Source: Styela clava
Taxonomy: Eukaryota
DNA length: 64,000 nucleotides
Direction: 5' to 3'
Assembly: GCF_964204865.1 (NCBI RefSeq)
Contig: NC_135253.1
Coordinates: 18,600,001-18,664,000, forward strand
This document shows positions 25,480 to 39,798 of the stretch, piece after piece (within the stretch, counting starts at the first letter, position 1; the number at the start of each line of letters is the position of its first letter). A model generated the notes under the pieces. That model was not told where the DNA came from and ran no database searches. It saw nothing but the letters and a program-made list of their open reading frames with translations. The position numbers were made by a program, and so were the translations under genes.

Positions 25480-28400
25480 TCAAAGTTTCGAGAAATATTT
25501 TGTTTCGTGAACAACTATGTCTGGTGTCGTTTGCAATTCTTCTATTGTAGAAACACCTGGAAACAAATTTATATAAATGAAGCATGTTACTCGTTAGTCG
25601 CAAAATGTAGCTTACTTTGTTTCACTTTTCGGCTGGTCTGTTAGAATTTATGGTGAGGTGTACATGATCGTGATTTTCACTCGATATCTGGTAATTGAAA
25701 TTTAGTGTGAATTTGATCTGTTTTAGTTACGGTATCACTTATTGCAAGTTGGTAATTTTGGCTTTTATTTGAAGTTTAGCATTGGAATCACTTTGGTTTT
25801 CTCAATAAAATTGTGAAAAACCACAAACTAATATCATGTTTTTGCATTAGGTTAAATGCCTCCAAAGCTCTTCAACGAAGTAAAACTGGAGTTGAAAAAG
25901 AAATCTTTTTCAATAGTGTTTAATTTAAGAAACAAGTTTTATTAAAAACGTTCAAACATATAGTACATACCGGAATAGCACCAATGTTGCATTATGTTAT
26001 ATTAAATATAAAGACTACCAACTCACCAAGAAATTGCATGGTGTAGATAAATTCGTTTTTGAGAATTTCTAGAACATTCCTCACACCTTCTTCCCCCTGA
26101 AAGGTATTGTTTCGTTTTACTATTGTCATACCAACAAAATATTCTACATGTCTATTAGAATACTTTGCACACTTTTTGCGAATGTAACCTTACTCTAGTT
26201 TCCGAAAGGGATGATTCTAAATAAAATCGGCCACATGTTTCACCATCGACCATCATATATAATAATAGCAAATTGGATAACTCTCGATATGTTGGCTCTC
26301 TTGAACATATATGTTAAATACAGAAATGATCTTGTTACATACTTTGCATGCCAGTCCCCAGATTATGGGTCTTCCAACAAAAACCGCTTTTGCTCCGAGA
26401 GCGATTGCTTTTGCTATGTCTGTTCCTTTACGGATTCCTCCGTCAAAATAAACATCAACTCTGCCATTCACGGCCTTCACTACTTCTGGAAGAACATCTA
26501 TCTAAAATTGTGTTCAGTAAAAATGTTCAGTTTTAAACTTGAAATTCAAGTATTTACATAGAAGATGAAAATCATGGATATGGACATAAACTTACATGGA
26601 CGTGATAACACAGCAATCATTGGTATAAAATGATCTTCTGCTTTATTAAAAAATGTATTCAGCGGCAGAAAATTCACAAATGGGAATAAAAATCTTGCTT
26701 CGATTGGACTTTACGAAACAGATTTAGGTTTAAATTCTCTTCGCGAATGAAAAGACGTTAAAAGGAAAAATGATATGAACAACATGCGTTTCCTATTTTC
26801 TCTTTCATTGCTTATCGATCTCGTTCGGTAAATATGTTGATAAGTGTTTGTCTGTCTGTTAGACTATTTCGTATGCTACGTGATATCTCACGGAAGCGAG
26901 GTTGAATTTGCTCCAAATTTCCCATGATCATTCATCATATATCGAACCAGAAGCCTATTGATTTTGCATTGAAATATGTCGTATAGGCGAGTTATTGATT
27001 AATTAGTGATGGGACACGCGGTGTCGCTATGGAGTCAGAGAGATAGAATCGAAACCGCAGTTTCTGTTCTGGAGGATCCCCTACCTTTTGACAAAAAAAC
27101 GAAAACTTGAAAGATTAAAGATTAACACAAAGTTTGTAGTTGTCGGAATATGTTAAAACATTGTGGTAACTCTTAATACATGAATCCGTCGAAGCCAGAA
27201 CAGAACAATATCTGATATTTCTAACCCTCTATAGAGTCTATATTCATGTATACTCACTGTCGCGAATGTACTATCCAATATTCGTCCGCCATGGTTTGAT
27301 ACAATGATTCCGTCAACCTTGTGTTCAACTGCCTTAATTGCCATTTCCGCTTAATATAAAAATAATGAAATGTTCTTCAAAGAATGTTTGTATTCAATGT
27401 TTTATCCATTTCTGGTTTCCGTATTTGCAATACAAAGCCTAGAACGTAGAATAACTTAAAATAGTTTAAAATCATAGCAATAGCTTACCTGTCAGAATTC
27501 CTTTAACCACTACAGGTAAGTCCGTAATTTCTTTCAACCAATCGATACTGTCCCATTCAACACTTCCATTCATCCAGGATTGAAACGCAGCAAATGCCGA
27601 CTGGTCAGGTTCCACAATCTTGGTCGATTGTTCAATATTTCTGCTTCTAAAGTAGCCAGAACATAATTCCACTTAAACGAGTTTAAATGCTCAGTATCTA
27701 ATTGATGTCATTGCGATTTTGGGTCATTATCAGCGTGTGTGCAGTTTACAAATTTGTGTCGTCATGTTTTGAGGGCCTGACTTTTTGTGCTCGATTTTGT
27801 GCACTTTTTGTAAACTCAAATATTTCGATTTTAGGATAGTTTCTACGTTGTGAAACCTCGCTTGTGAACCAACGTTTCCCACTCCTTAAGAAATTCCTTT
27901 CAGTGAGGAATGTTAACCGTTTTTGGAGAATAATTTTGGTATGTACTATCACTATGATATGTATTCACGAACACATAATAAACTACACAAAACGGGCGTA
28001 CGACTTGCGCATAACTATAGCAAAGGATCCATTAAAAATGAAACAAATGAAGTAGTTTTATGTACAGGGATGGAGGAATGAAAAATTCCAAAATAGACGA
28101 AGAAAGAAATTTGACAAAAAGGTTGGGAAACACGGGAAACGTTCAACGTGAAATAAGTTTTGAAGAGCCAAGAGTAAAACCCATTGATCCTGTCCGATTT
28201 AAGTGAAAATAAAGGCAGAAATAAATCTTACCTAATGGATGTATCAAAGTTAAATGGTCTTCCGTCTTCGTATCTGTGGTCACGATTTCTAAAAACCGGT
28301 TCATCGATAGTTACAATAAATCCTTTGAATCCGTTTTGTTCAGCTCTTCTCACAAAATGCTCTGTTACGATACGATTCTATGAAATATTTGAATATCAAT

Positions 28401-29925
28401 AAGCCAAATATTTGCAAATCTAGAATAGATAGAGACTTCATTTACACACATATGTATAGAAAATTTTTAACCGTCATCATTTAGGGTCTAAAGCAGTGGT
28501 TCCCAAACTTTTTGAGCCGCGCCTCATTTTTAGAATTTGTCAAGTCTCGCGACCAACCTCAAAAATAACTAGCTAGCAATAAGCTACAAATAACAGATAG
28601 TAAGGCGAAATTTTGTTTTATCCAACAAATACCTGTATAAAGGGACCTCCAGAAATATGCGCACCAAGATGGCGCACAACCTGAACATAGTATGTGTGTA
28701 CCGGTTGGGGTTCAGGTTTTGCGACATCTTGGTGTGCATACTTCTGGAGCACCGTAATAAAGAATTGTTAATGAGGGACGCGTTCCGCCGTTTGAGTACC
28801 ACTGGTCTGAAGATTAGACAATCGGAATGTTGTAGTTTGAAATTCACAACTATTTCTATTTCCAGTATTATGTCAAACGTCGAAAAATAATAGAATGAAC
28901 TGATTTTCTATAACAGAGTTTTCTTTTTTAAGAATTTCGTGCTTATTCAGTCCGTCATTGATAAACTGTTGCTTGTATTAAGACGGGGTGTTCGCCGCGT
29001 ATAAATTTTTTATTATCGCAGACTTCTAAATGTAAACACGTGTTTATTACTATTTATTTTTACAATTTACTTTTTTCATACCAACCTTAGTTAATTGAAG
29101 TTGACACCATTTTATGCAGTTTGGCACCTCAGTTGCGATCTCTTCCATAGTTTTGTTACTCCATAAACTTACTGCCATTCCTACGCCAATTGATTCTGCG
29201 GCTGAATAAAAATCATTTTATATTGTGTTTTATTGTGTGTTATTAACTCAATCTAATGTTCGAGATATATAATATTGAAAGAAATATATGCTGCAGTCTA
29301 TTTACCTCTTGCAGTACAAAATTCACCTTCTGGCGCACACAGACGATGAAATGCCGTTGGTGCAATACATATTGGAAAAGGTATTTTCGAACCAATTACT
29401 TCTGTCGCACAATTCACTCTGCTAACGTTCTTTAAATTCCTGGGTCGAAATCGCCATCTGTGTATAATATTGCATTTGAAATATTTTTCCCATTATTTTT
29501 TGATTCATTTATCCAACAACCATAACCCAGCAGTATTGAAGCAATACTTTTAAATAATGTTTGAGAAATGTTATTTTCATGAATTCTTGAAGTTTGCTCT
29601 AAATTTGAATTCAAAAGATATAACTTGTGCAAAATTCGAGATAGCGCACCAAGTTAGTAGCCGTGTCAAGTGTTATAAGAGCAAAACAACGATATCAACC
29701 CAGCACATCAAGTATTCAAGTAAAAACAGAAGTAATAGGCCAAAAAAAAACGTCAAAATGTTATTCGCCATATTAAATCGTTAATTTCCCTTTTAAATGC
29801 TTCACAATTTTCTTTTATAGTTTCTCCTCCTACAGCTCCTGCAGCAAAGTAGCCCCAACCATGTTGCGATAACTTTTTTCGAGCCTCTCCCTCATAATCG
29901 CTACTGATAGCAATAAATTATCCAT
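25480..29925 (-). pseudogene. HAO1: Hydroxyacid oxidase-like copy 5, frameshifted, near-identical to copy 3
   Basis: Same exon-1 1-nt deletion (about 29902) and same intronic deletions as copy 3, offset 14,139 bp. Confidence 0.85.
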
Positions 29926-32900
29926 GGACAGAAGGTTTAAACTCTTCGCCAGTAAACTAAAATTGTAAGCATGTAGGAAAAGCACACACATATATAAGGG
30001 ATTTATTTGCAATTCAACTCATGAGTCGACAGAATCAAAGATTCCCGGAAACAATACAATTGATTGCTTGAATTGATTAAACCTTCTCGGTAGGATTCAA
30101 AATAGGTAACAAAAAATATCAATTGCGCGAAATCTGGATCGTCACATACAAAATCTTTCTAATCTAAAATATACATCTTACTTCTGTCTACATTTAGAAT
30201 TCAACACAACCCCTGCAATGGTTATTTGAATCAGTCGACAACTGAAATCGCTATCGCAATCGCGCAACTCATTTCGAGTCCAAATTGCAACAAAAGTCAA
30301 GTGCGATTTTTTTTATCACTGCCATTACCATATCTACTGGTGAGTTTGCGACACGTTCTAAACAAACACCGTTGTCGCCACATTGTATGTATACACTGAT
30401 TCATTCAGGAAAACCATGCTTGAAGTATAAATCCAGGGAACTAACCACACTCGTTTTAACGAATGTCACACATGGCAGTGAGAAAATTCTCCAAACTAGC
30501 TGAGCTAGTTTAAGTACCAAGTTTATTGCATTGCCGTTAAAGCCTCCAATGACGTTTGAATCATGAAAGGTTCCTGTGGTTACATCTCTTGGTGATGCTC
30601 GGAGTCTTTCAAATAAATGAGCGTTTCTGTATATGCCAGACCGTCTCTGCGCACTTAAACATACTTATATATATCTGAATAAATTTTTATTCGACTCTCT
30701 GTGACACTTTCTATTCAATCTTTTTTTCGTGTACTGTTTTTTTCACGCGTCCTTCACCCCGAAAGACTATTTTGTCTCCTATTTTACACTGTATGAATAC
30801 GTTAAGTACTTTCAGTATTGATGGAAAAGAGAATTGCTGATTGACTGACGTACGTTATGTGCCGTAGATGTAGTTTTGTTAATTAGATTTCAGTTTAACT
30901 TTTATGTTTTTCAGACTTTCTTGTCGTTTAGTTTGAAGTCCTTTTTGTTTTTGTACAGTTTGGGCAGTTTATAATGTGTCCATATATAAACATATAAATA
31001 TAAACTAAAAAATATTATTAGTACAACAACCAAAACAAAATTCTTCTTTAAGTACGACTAAATTCTTCTTGTTTGGGAAAAGTGGGTTAAGTTAATTGCA
31101 AGCGTTAACTAGCTAATATTGATTAACCAATTAACCGGCTGAACTGTCTTAATTTTAAAGACGCCACAAAAACGATATGGTTTATTTAGTGTCTTGCAGC
31201 ACCGTCCGCTGAAGACAAACATCGCGAAGAAAATTTTCCCACTACCTTGTGGTTCCATTACATTTGAACCCACGTACATTTGAACCCATGACAATTGCAC
31301 CTGCATACTATTGCACCTATGGAATTTTTTTTGTTTTACGGATATTTGAACCCATACTAACCCTAACCCATGGGTTTTAGCACCCGTATATAGATTCAAC
31401 CCGCGGATATACGCATGGGTTCAAATGTACGGTCACCCTACGTTGTACCACTAACTCATTGTATATATATAAGACCAACTGCTGTTTCTGTATTAAACGT
31501 ATATTCCCGTATAGCCATCTACCTAACCTTAAAGACGTTTCTAAACACTCTACGTGGATAGACCGCGTAAAACTATCTATAGAAAATTGCCCTATAATAG
31601 CGCAAAGCCATAGTTCACGCTGCCCCAGGCAACAGTTATAATAAATTCAACCATTTCGACAAATCTAATGTATGTCATTTTTATATAATTATCTTTTTTT
31701 TTATCACGAATTGGCGGCCGCGATATATTTCTGTAGTATTGAATTAGAATGTCAAAAACTCCCACATTGATTTATTACGCATCATATCCTTTCTTTGTTC
31801 TGTGTGGGATTCACGTCTTGCAGTGCAAGCAGAAAACGAACGCTTCGGGACTTACCCTCGCTATACTAGATTTGTTACTATGATGTCATAATTTGGCCTT
31901 GTACTAACTTATCAATTATCGACATTTTTCTTTGTCGAATAATAAACTGTAACTTTGCAATGTACTGGCGATGTAATTAAAGACTTCACAAAAAATATTA
32001 ATATCAGCATTTGCGCAAATCATATCGACCAATTTATCAATTTCTGCATATTTATTATGTCCTGGAGAAATTTAATTCAAAGTTTCGAGAAATATCTTGT
32101 TTCGTGAACAACTATGTCTGGTGTCGTTTGCAATTCTTCTATTGTAGAAACACCTGGAAACAAATTTATATAAATGAAGCATGTTACTCGTTAGTTGCAA
32201 AATGTAGCTTACTTTGTTTCACTTTTCGGCTGGTCTGTTAGAATTTATGGTGAGGTGTACATGATCGTGATTTTCACTCGCTATCTGGTAATTGAAATTT
32301 AGTGTGAATTTGATCTGTTTTAGTTACGGTATCACTTATTGCAAGTTGGTAATTTTGGCTGTTATTTGAAGTTTAGCATTGGAATCACTTTGGTTTTCTC
32401 AATAAAATTGTGAAAAACCACCAACTAATATCATGTTTTTGCATTAGGTTAAATGCCTCCAAAGCTCTTCAACGAAGTAAAACTGGAGTTGAAAAAGAAA
32501 TCTTTGTCAATAGTGTTTAATTTAAGAAACAAGTTTTATTAAAAACGTTCAAACATGTAGTACATACCGGAATAGCACCAATGTTGCATTATGTTATATT
32601 AGGTATAAAGACTACCAACTCACCAAGAAATTGCATGGTGTAGATAAATTCGTTTTTGAGAATTCCTAGAACATTCCTCACACCTTCTTCCCCCTGAAAG
32701 GTATTGTTTCGTTTTACTATTGTCATATCAACAAAATATTCAACATGTTTATTAGAATACTTTGCACTAATTTCAGGAAAAATTCACTTTTTGCAAATGT
32801 AATTTTACTCTAGTTTCCGAAAGGGATGATCCTAAAATAAAATCGGCCACATGTTTCACCATCGACCATCATATATAATAATAGCAAATTGGATAACTCT

Positions 32901-35900
32901 CGGTATGTTGGCTCTCTTGAAAATATATGTTAAATACAGAAATGATCTTGTTACAAACTTTGCATGCCAGTCCCCAGATTATGGGTCTTCCAACAAAAAC
33001 CGCTTTTGCTCCGAGAGCGATTGCTTTTGCTACGTCTGTTCCTTTACGGATTCCTCCGTCAAAATAAACATCAACTCTGCCATTCACGGCCTTCACTACT
33101 TCTGGAAGAACGTCTATCTAAAATTAATGTCCAGTTTTAAACATGAAACTTCATGAGTTTACATAGGAGATGCAAATCATGGATATGGACATAAACTTAC
33201 ATGGACGTGATAACATAACAATCATTGGTATAAAATGATCTTCAGCTTTGTTAAAAAATGTATTCAGCGGCAGAAAATTCACAAATGGGAATTATAATCT
33301 TGCTTCGATTGGACTTTACAATACAGATTTAGATTTAAACTCTCATCGCGAATGAAAAGACGTCAAAAAGAAAAATGATATGAACAACATGCGTTTCCTA
33401 TTTTCTCTTTCATTACTTATCGATCTCGATCGGTAAATATGTTGATAAGTATTTGTCTGTCTGTTCGTTTGTCTGTTAGACTATTTCGTATGCTACGTGA
33501 TATCTCACGAAAGCGAGGTTGAATCTGCTCCAAATTTTGCATGATCATTCATCATAGCTCGAATCAGAAGGCTATTGATTTTTCATGAAATATGTCGTAA
33601 AAGCGAGTTATTAATTAATTATGGGACACGTGATGTCGCTATTGGGTCAGAGCGATAGAATCGAAACCGCAGTTTCTGTTCTGGAGGATCCCCTAATTTT
33701 CGTCGCTGCGAACGATTGTGTGCGATCGATAAGTCGGTGGTCTCCGATCGCTATTCTCGTTATTTCGGTTGATTAAAAGCAATCAATCACAATAGCTAAA
33801 AGTTATAAGACAAAAAAACAAAAACTTGAAAGATTAAAGATTAAAACAGAGTTTGTAGTTGTCAAAACATTGTGGTAAATCTTAATACATGAAGCTGTCG
33901 AAGCCAGAACAGAACAATATCTGATATTTCTCACCATCTATAGAGTCTATATTCATGTATACTCACTGTCGCGAATGTACTATCCAATATTCGTCCGCCA
34001 TGGTTTGAGACAATGATTCCGTCAACCTTATGTTCAACTGCCTTAATTGCCATTTCCGCTTTTAATATAAAAATAATGAAAAGTTCTTTAAAGAATGTTG
34101 GTATTCAATGTTTTATCCATTTATAATTTTCTTATTTGCAATACAAAGCCTAGAACGTATAATAACTTAGAATAGTTTAAAATCATAACCATAGCTTACC
34201 TGTTAGAATTCCTTTAACCACTACAGGTAAGTCCGTAATTTCTTTCAACCAATCGATACTGTCCCATTCAACACTTCCATTCATGCAGGATTGAAACGCA
34301 ACAAATGCCGACTGGTCAGGTTCCACAATCTTGGTCGATTGTTCAATATTTCTGCTTCTAAAGTAGCCAGAACATAATTTCACTTAAACGAGTTTAAATG
34401 CTCAGTATCTAATTGTTGGCATTGCGATTTTGGGTAATTATCAGCGTGTGTGCAGTTTACAAATTTGTGTCGTCATGTTTTGAGAGCCTGACTTTGTGCA
34501 CTTTTTGTAAACTCAAATATTTTGATTTTAGGATAGTTTCTACGTTGTGAAACCTCGCTTGTGAACCAACGTTTCCCACTCCTTAAGAAATTCCTTTCAG
34601 TGAGGAATGTTAACCGTTTTTGGAGAATAATTTTGGTATGTACTATCACTATGATATGTATTCACGAACACATAATAAACTACACAAAACGGGCGAGCGA
34701 CTTGCACATAACTATAGCAAAGGATCCATTAAAAAAGAAACAAATGAAGTAGTTTTATGTACAGGGATGGGGAAATAAAAAATTCCAAAATAGACGAAGA
34801 AAGAAATTTGACAAAAAGGTTGGGAAATACGGGAACGTTCAACGTGAAATAAGTTTTGAAGAGCCAGGAGTAAAACCCATTGATCCTGTCCGATTTAAGT
34901 GAAAATAAATGCAGAAATAAATCTTACCTAATGGATGTATCAAAGTTAAATGGTCTTCCGTCTTCGTATCTGTGGTCACGATTTCTAAAAACCGGTTCAT
35001 CGATAGTTACAATAAATCCTTTGAATCCGTTTTGTTCAGCTCTTCTCACAAAATGCTCTGTTACGATACGATTCTATGAAATATTTGAATATCAATAAGC
35101 CAAATATTTGCAAATCTAGAATAGATAGAGACTTCATTTACACACATATGTATAGAAAATTTTTAACCGTCATCATTTAGGGTCTAAAGCAGTGATTCCC
35201 AAACTTTTTGAGCCGCGCCTCATTTTTAGAATTAGTCAAGTCTCGCGACCAACCTCAAAAATAACTAGCTAGCAATAAGCTACAAATAACAGATAGTAAG
35301 GCGAAATTTTGTTTTATCCAACAAATACCTGTATATAGGGACCTCCAGAAATATGCGCACCAAGATGGCGCACAACCTGAACATAGTATGTGTGTACCGG
35401 TTAGGGTCCAGGTTGTGCGACATCTTGGTGTGCATACTTCTGGAGCACCGTAATAAAGAATTGTTAATGAGGGACGCGTTCCGCCGTTTGAGTACCACTG
35501 GTCTGAAGATTAGACAATCGGAATGTTGTAGTTTGATATTCACGACTATTTCTATTTCCAGTATTATGTCAAACGTCGAAAAATAATAGAATGAACTGAT
35601 TTTCTATAACAGAGTTTTCTTTTTTAAGAATTTCGTGCTTATTCAGTCCGTCATTGATAAACTGTTGCTTGTATTAACTCTTCGCGCCCTGAGCCGCACT
35701 ATAATACGGATGGCGAGAAACACCACCAACCTGAACCGCAGTAAATTGCGGGTAAAATATGACGTCATATCTCCGCTTCAACGGGCACGAGGCATACGAT
35801 CTTGGTATCAATCGTTAGTGTGTTTCGAGCCCGTTATTATGAGCTATCGCTCGAACCATTCGAGCGTATTGGGCGATTTAAAGGGTGTTCCCCTTTTTTG

Positions 35901-36228
35901 ATATTTTTCTGCTTTTTTCTCTGCAGTTGTATGTTTGTTCATTGAAAATTGAAGCTCGTAAACCACCAAAAATAGCTAGGGAACATTCGTTCTTTGTTTT
36001 GAGACTTCAGAGTAGACTTTGGACTATTCATTTGTCGTCGACACAGGGAATAGTGTTTATGACTGCGGACGAGAATCGTCTTTTTATTATTGTTATGCAG
36101 TTATTATTATGTTTTTTTGTTATTATGCAGTTGATTTCGGTTCTAAAGGGATATTGTTATATAAGACGTATTTGTAAGTTTATTAGGATTCTGGTAGCTA
36201 TAAATCAGACAAGGTACCGTAATGGAGA

Positions 36229-36734
36229 ATGAGAGCGATTTTGATGCAAGGTAAGTGCAATACCTGCATGCATTCTTCTGCTATTTTTTAAAAAAAATTT
36301 TCTTTATATTCTGAGAAAATGATAGTTTGTAAGCTGACTGTGGCAATTGTTTGAGCAAGCCTCATAGCTTGGACTTGTTATTAGTAATAATCCAGTCGTT
36401 AATCAACGCAATTTTTCTTTTAGTTCTGGTGACGAGTGAGTCATCTAGCTCCGATGAAGAGGTTGTCCCAGTCCCAGCTAGGCGCTATGCTGCAAGCACT
36501 GAAGATGTACCAGCTGAAGCAGCAGCGTCAACGGGCGGAATGTTCGGAGCTTCGAGCCCTCGGCGATCACGAGTTTGCAGGGTGTGTTCTGAACGGGACA
36601 AAAAAGAAAGAGAAGGCAGTAGCAGAAAATTGAAACAAAAAAGGTCTTCATATTGGTGTGAGAAATGCCAGGTAACACTTTGTGTTACCCCGTGTTTCGA
36701 GAAGTTTCACACCCTCCCAAACTATTGGGAATAG
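36229..36734 (+). CDS. Spliced mini-ORF (about 110 aa): acidic N-terminal stretch plus piggyBac C-terminal zinc-ribbon, no catalytic domain
   Basis: Exon 36229-36250, GT-AG intron 36251-36423, exon 36424-36734: MRAILMQ-VLVTSESSSSDEE...CRVC...YWCEKCQVTLCVTPCFEKFH. Start choice uncertain. Confidence 0.6.
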
Positions 36735-36764
36735 GAATCAAAACTTATGTGCAATATTGTGATG

Positions 36765-36845
36765 TTGACTTTATCAGAGACTGTGATTTTTGTTGACTTT
36801 GCCAGAGACTGTGATTTTTGTTGACTTTGTCAGAGACTGATTTTT
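36765..36845. repeat. 28-bp tandem repeat (about 3 copies) 3' of the piggyBac ORF
   Basis: GTTGACTTT(A/G)(T/C)CAGAGACTGTGATTTTT repeated. Confidence 0.8.
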
Positions 36846-39798
36846 CTTTTTACGTGCACCAAGGTGTTTTATGTACATACTGTGTAATTCTTCATTTTCG
36901 CTATTATTATTTCGTATGCACACTTTCTTTTCACATTGTTTTTCACCACTGTTATTCACATTCTTTCAACACTGACTGAATTTATTTTTTTTGTGTCATT
37001 TTTTACTCATATGTAAATATAAATATCTGATTTTTCGAAAACAAAATTTTCAATTTTTTCGAAAATTTCTGCCATTTACCTGAAATTCATCAGCCTACCA
37101 TGACAATTTCATGTCAGTTAGAGAAAAACTGCAAATTTTCCCAATAAGGTTACACCTCTACCCTTCTTGTGAGTAAGTTTGATATGTGTAGTGTTTATAG
37201 TTTGTGTGTGAGTATTTTGTCTTTGAAAGTGGTCATTTTAGTCATATTTCGGACGAAATTTGAGAGCCGTAAAAAGTGTGTCAAAGCTGAGCCATGCCAC
37301 TGGCTTGCTGTTAGAACAGGTGTGAAAAACTTAGTTTCCTGGTGCTGTGCTTGGAGTTGCCTTTCAAAAAAACCAAGAACTGTAGGGATTGGGCCTATGG
37401 TTAGCTTTTGACAATTTTTTAAAGTTTGTGAATTTTGTTCGAAAACGCCAGGAATATAGTGTTTTTTCGATATCGCGGTCCAGGGCAGAAAGAGTTGACG
37501 GGGTGTTCGCCACGTATAAATTTTTTATTATCGCAGACTTCTAAATGTAAACACGTGTTTATTACTATTTATTTTTACAATTTACTTTTTTCATACCAAC
37601 CTTAGTTAATTGAAGTTGACACCATTTTATGCAGTTTGGCACCTCAGTTGCGATCTCTTCCATAGTTTTGTTACTCCATAAACTTACTGCCATTCCTACG
37701 CCAATTGATTCGGCGGCTGAATAAAAATCATTTCATATTGTGTTTTATTGTGTGTTATTAACTCAATCTAATGTTCGAGATATATAATATTGAAAGAAAT
37801 ATATGCTGCAGTCTATTTACCTCTTGCAGTACAAAATTCACCTTCTGGTGCACACAGACGATGTAATGCCGTTGGTGCAATACATATTGGAAAAGGTACT
37901 TTCGAACCAATTACTTCTGTCGCACAATTCACTCTGCTAACGTTCTTTAAATTCCTGGGTCGAAATCGCCATCTGTGTATAATATTGCATTTGAAATATT
38001 TTTCTCATTATTTTTTGATTCATTTATCCAACAACCATAACCCAGCAGTATTGAAGCAATACTTTTAAATAATGTTTGAGAAATATTATTTTCATGAATT
38101 CTCGAAGTTTGCTCTAAATTTGAATTCATAAGATATAACTTGTGCAAAATTCGAGATAGCGCACCAAGTTAGTAGCCGTGTCAAGTGTTATAAGAGCAAA
38201 ACAACAATATCCACCCAGCACATTAAGTATTCAAGTAAAAACAGAAGTAATAGGCCAAAAAAAAAAAAGCCTAGAACGTATAATAACTTAGAATAGTTTA
38301 AAATCATAACCATAGCTTACCTGTTAGAATTCCTTTAACCACTACAGGTAAGTCCGTAATTTCTTTCAACCAATCGATACTGTCCCATTCAACACTTCCA
38401 TTCATGCAGGATTGAAACGCAACAAATGCCGACTGGTCAGGTTCCACAATCTTGGTCGATTGTTCAATATTTCTGCTTCTAAAGTAGCCAGAACATAATT
38501 TCACTTAAACGAGTTTAAATGCTCAGTATCTAATTGTTGGCATTGCGATTTTGGGTAATTATCAGCGTGTGTGCAGTTTACAAATTTGTGTCGTCATGTT
38601 TTGAGAGCCTGACTTTGTGCACTTTTTGTAAACTCAAATATTTTGATTTTAGGATAGTTTCTACGTTGTGAAACCTCGCTTGTGAACCAACGTTTCCCAC
38701 TCCTTAAGAAATTCCTTTCAGTGAGGAATGTTAACCGTTTTTGGAGAATAATTTTGGTATGTACTATCACTATGATATGTATTCACGAACACATAATAAA
38801 CTACACAAAACGGGCGAGCGACTTGCACATAACTATAGCAAAGGATCCATTAAAAAAGAAACAAATGAAGTAGTTTTATGTACAGGGATGGGGAAATAAA
38901 AAATTCCAAAATAGACGAAGAAAGAAATTTGACAAAAAGGTTGGGAAATACGGGAACGTTCAACGTGAAATAAGTTTTGAAGAGCCAGGAGTAAAACCCA
39001 TTGATCCTGTCCGATTTAAGTGAAAATAAATGCAGAAATAAATCTTACCTAATGGATGTATCAAAGTTAAATGGTCTTCCGTCTTCGTATCTGTGGTCAC
39101 GATTTCTAAAAACCGGTTCATCGATAGTTACAATAAATCCTTTGAATCCGTTTTGTTCAGCTCTTCTCACAAAATGCTCTGTTACGATACGATTCTATGA
39201 AATATTTGAATATCAATAAGCCAAATATTTGCAAATCTAGAATAGATAGAGACTTCATTTACACACATATGTATAGAAAATTTTTAACCGTCATCATTTA
39301 GGGTCTAAAGCAGTGATTCCCAAACTTTTTGAGCCGCGCCTCATTTTTAGAATTAGTCAAGTCTCGCGACCAACCTCAAAAATAACTAGCTAGCAATAAG
39401 CTACAAATAACAGATAGTAAGGCGAAATTTTGTTTTATCCAACAAATACCTGTATATAGGGACCTCCAGAAATATGCGCACCAAGATGGCGCACAACCTG
39501 AACATAGTATGTGTGTACCGGTTAGGGTCCAGGTTGTGCGACATCTTGGTGTGCATACTTCTGGAGCACCGTAATAAAGAATTGTTAATGAGGGACGCGT
39601 TCCGCCGTTTGAGTACCACTGGTCTGAAGATTAGACAATCGGAATGTTGTAGTTTGATATTCACGACTATTTCTATTTCCAGTATTATGTCAAACGTCGA
39701 AAAATAATAGAATGAACTGATTTTCTATAACAGAGTTTTCTTTTTTAAGAATTTCGTGCTTATTCAGTCCGTCATTGATAAACTGTTGCTTGTATTAA

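Larger units (their letters stand above)
35678..37494 (+). mobile_element. Internally deleted piggyBac element (1,817 bp) in intron 3 of copy 6
   Basis: Inserted at TTAA (35674-35677). Imperfect 20-bp TIRs CTCTTCGCGCCCTGAGCCGC / CTCTTTCTGCCCTGGACCGC (15/20). Encodes a piggyBac C-terminal Cys-rich domain. Empty site in other units. Confidence 0.88.

Noticed and set aside
35635-36232. ORFs 35635-35901 and 35885-36232 as extra piggyBac genes
   Set aside because: One crosses the element boundary, neither has a recognisable motif; likely the element's 5' non-coding region.
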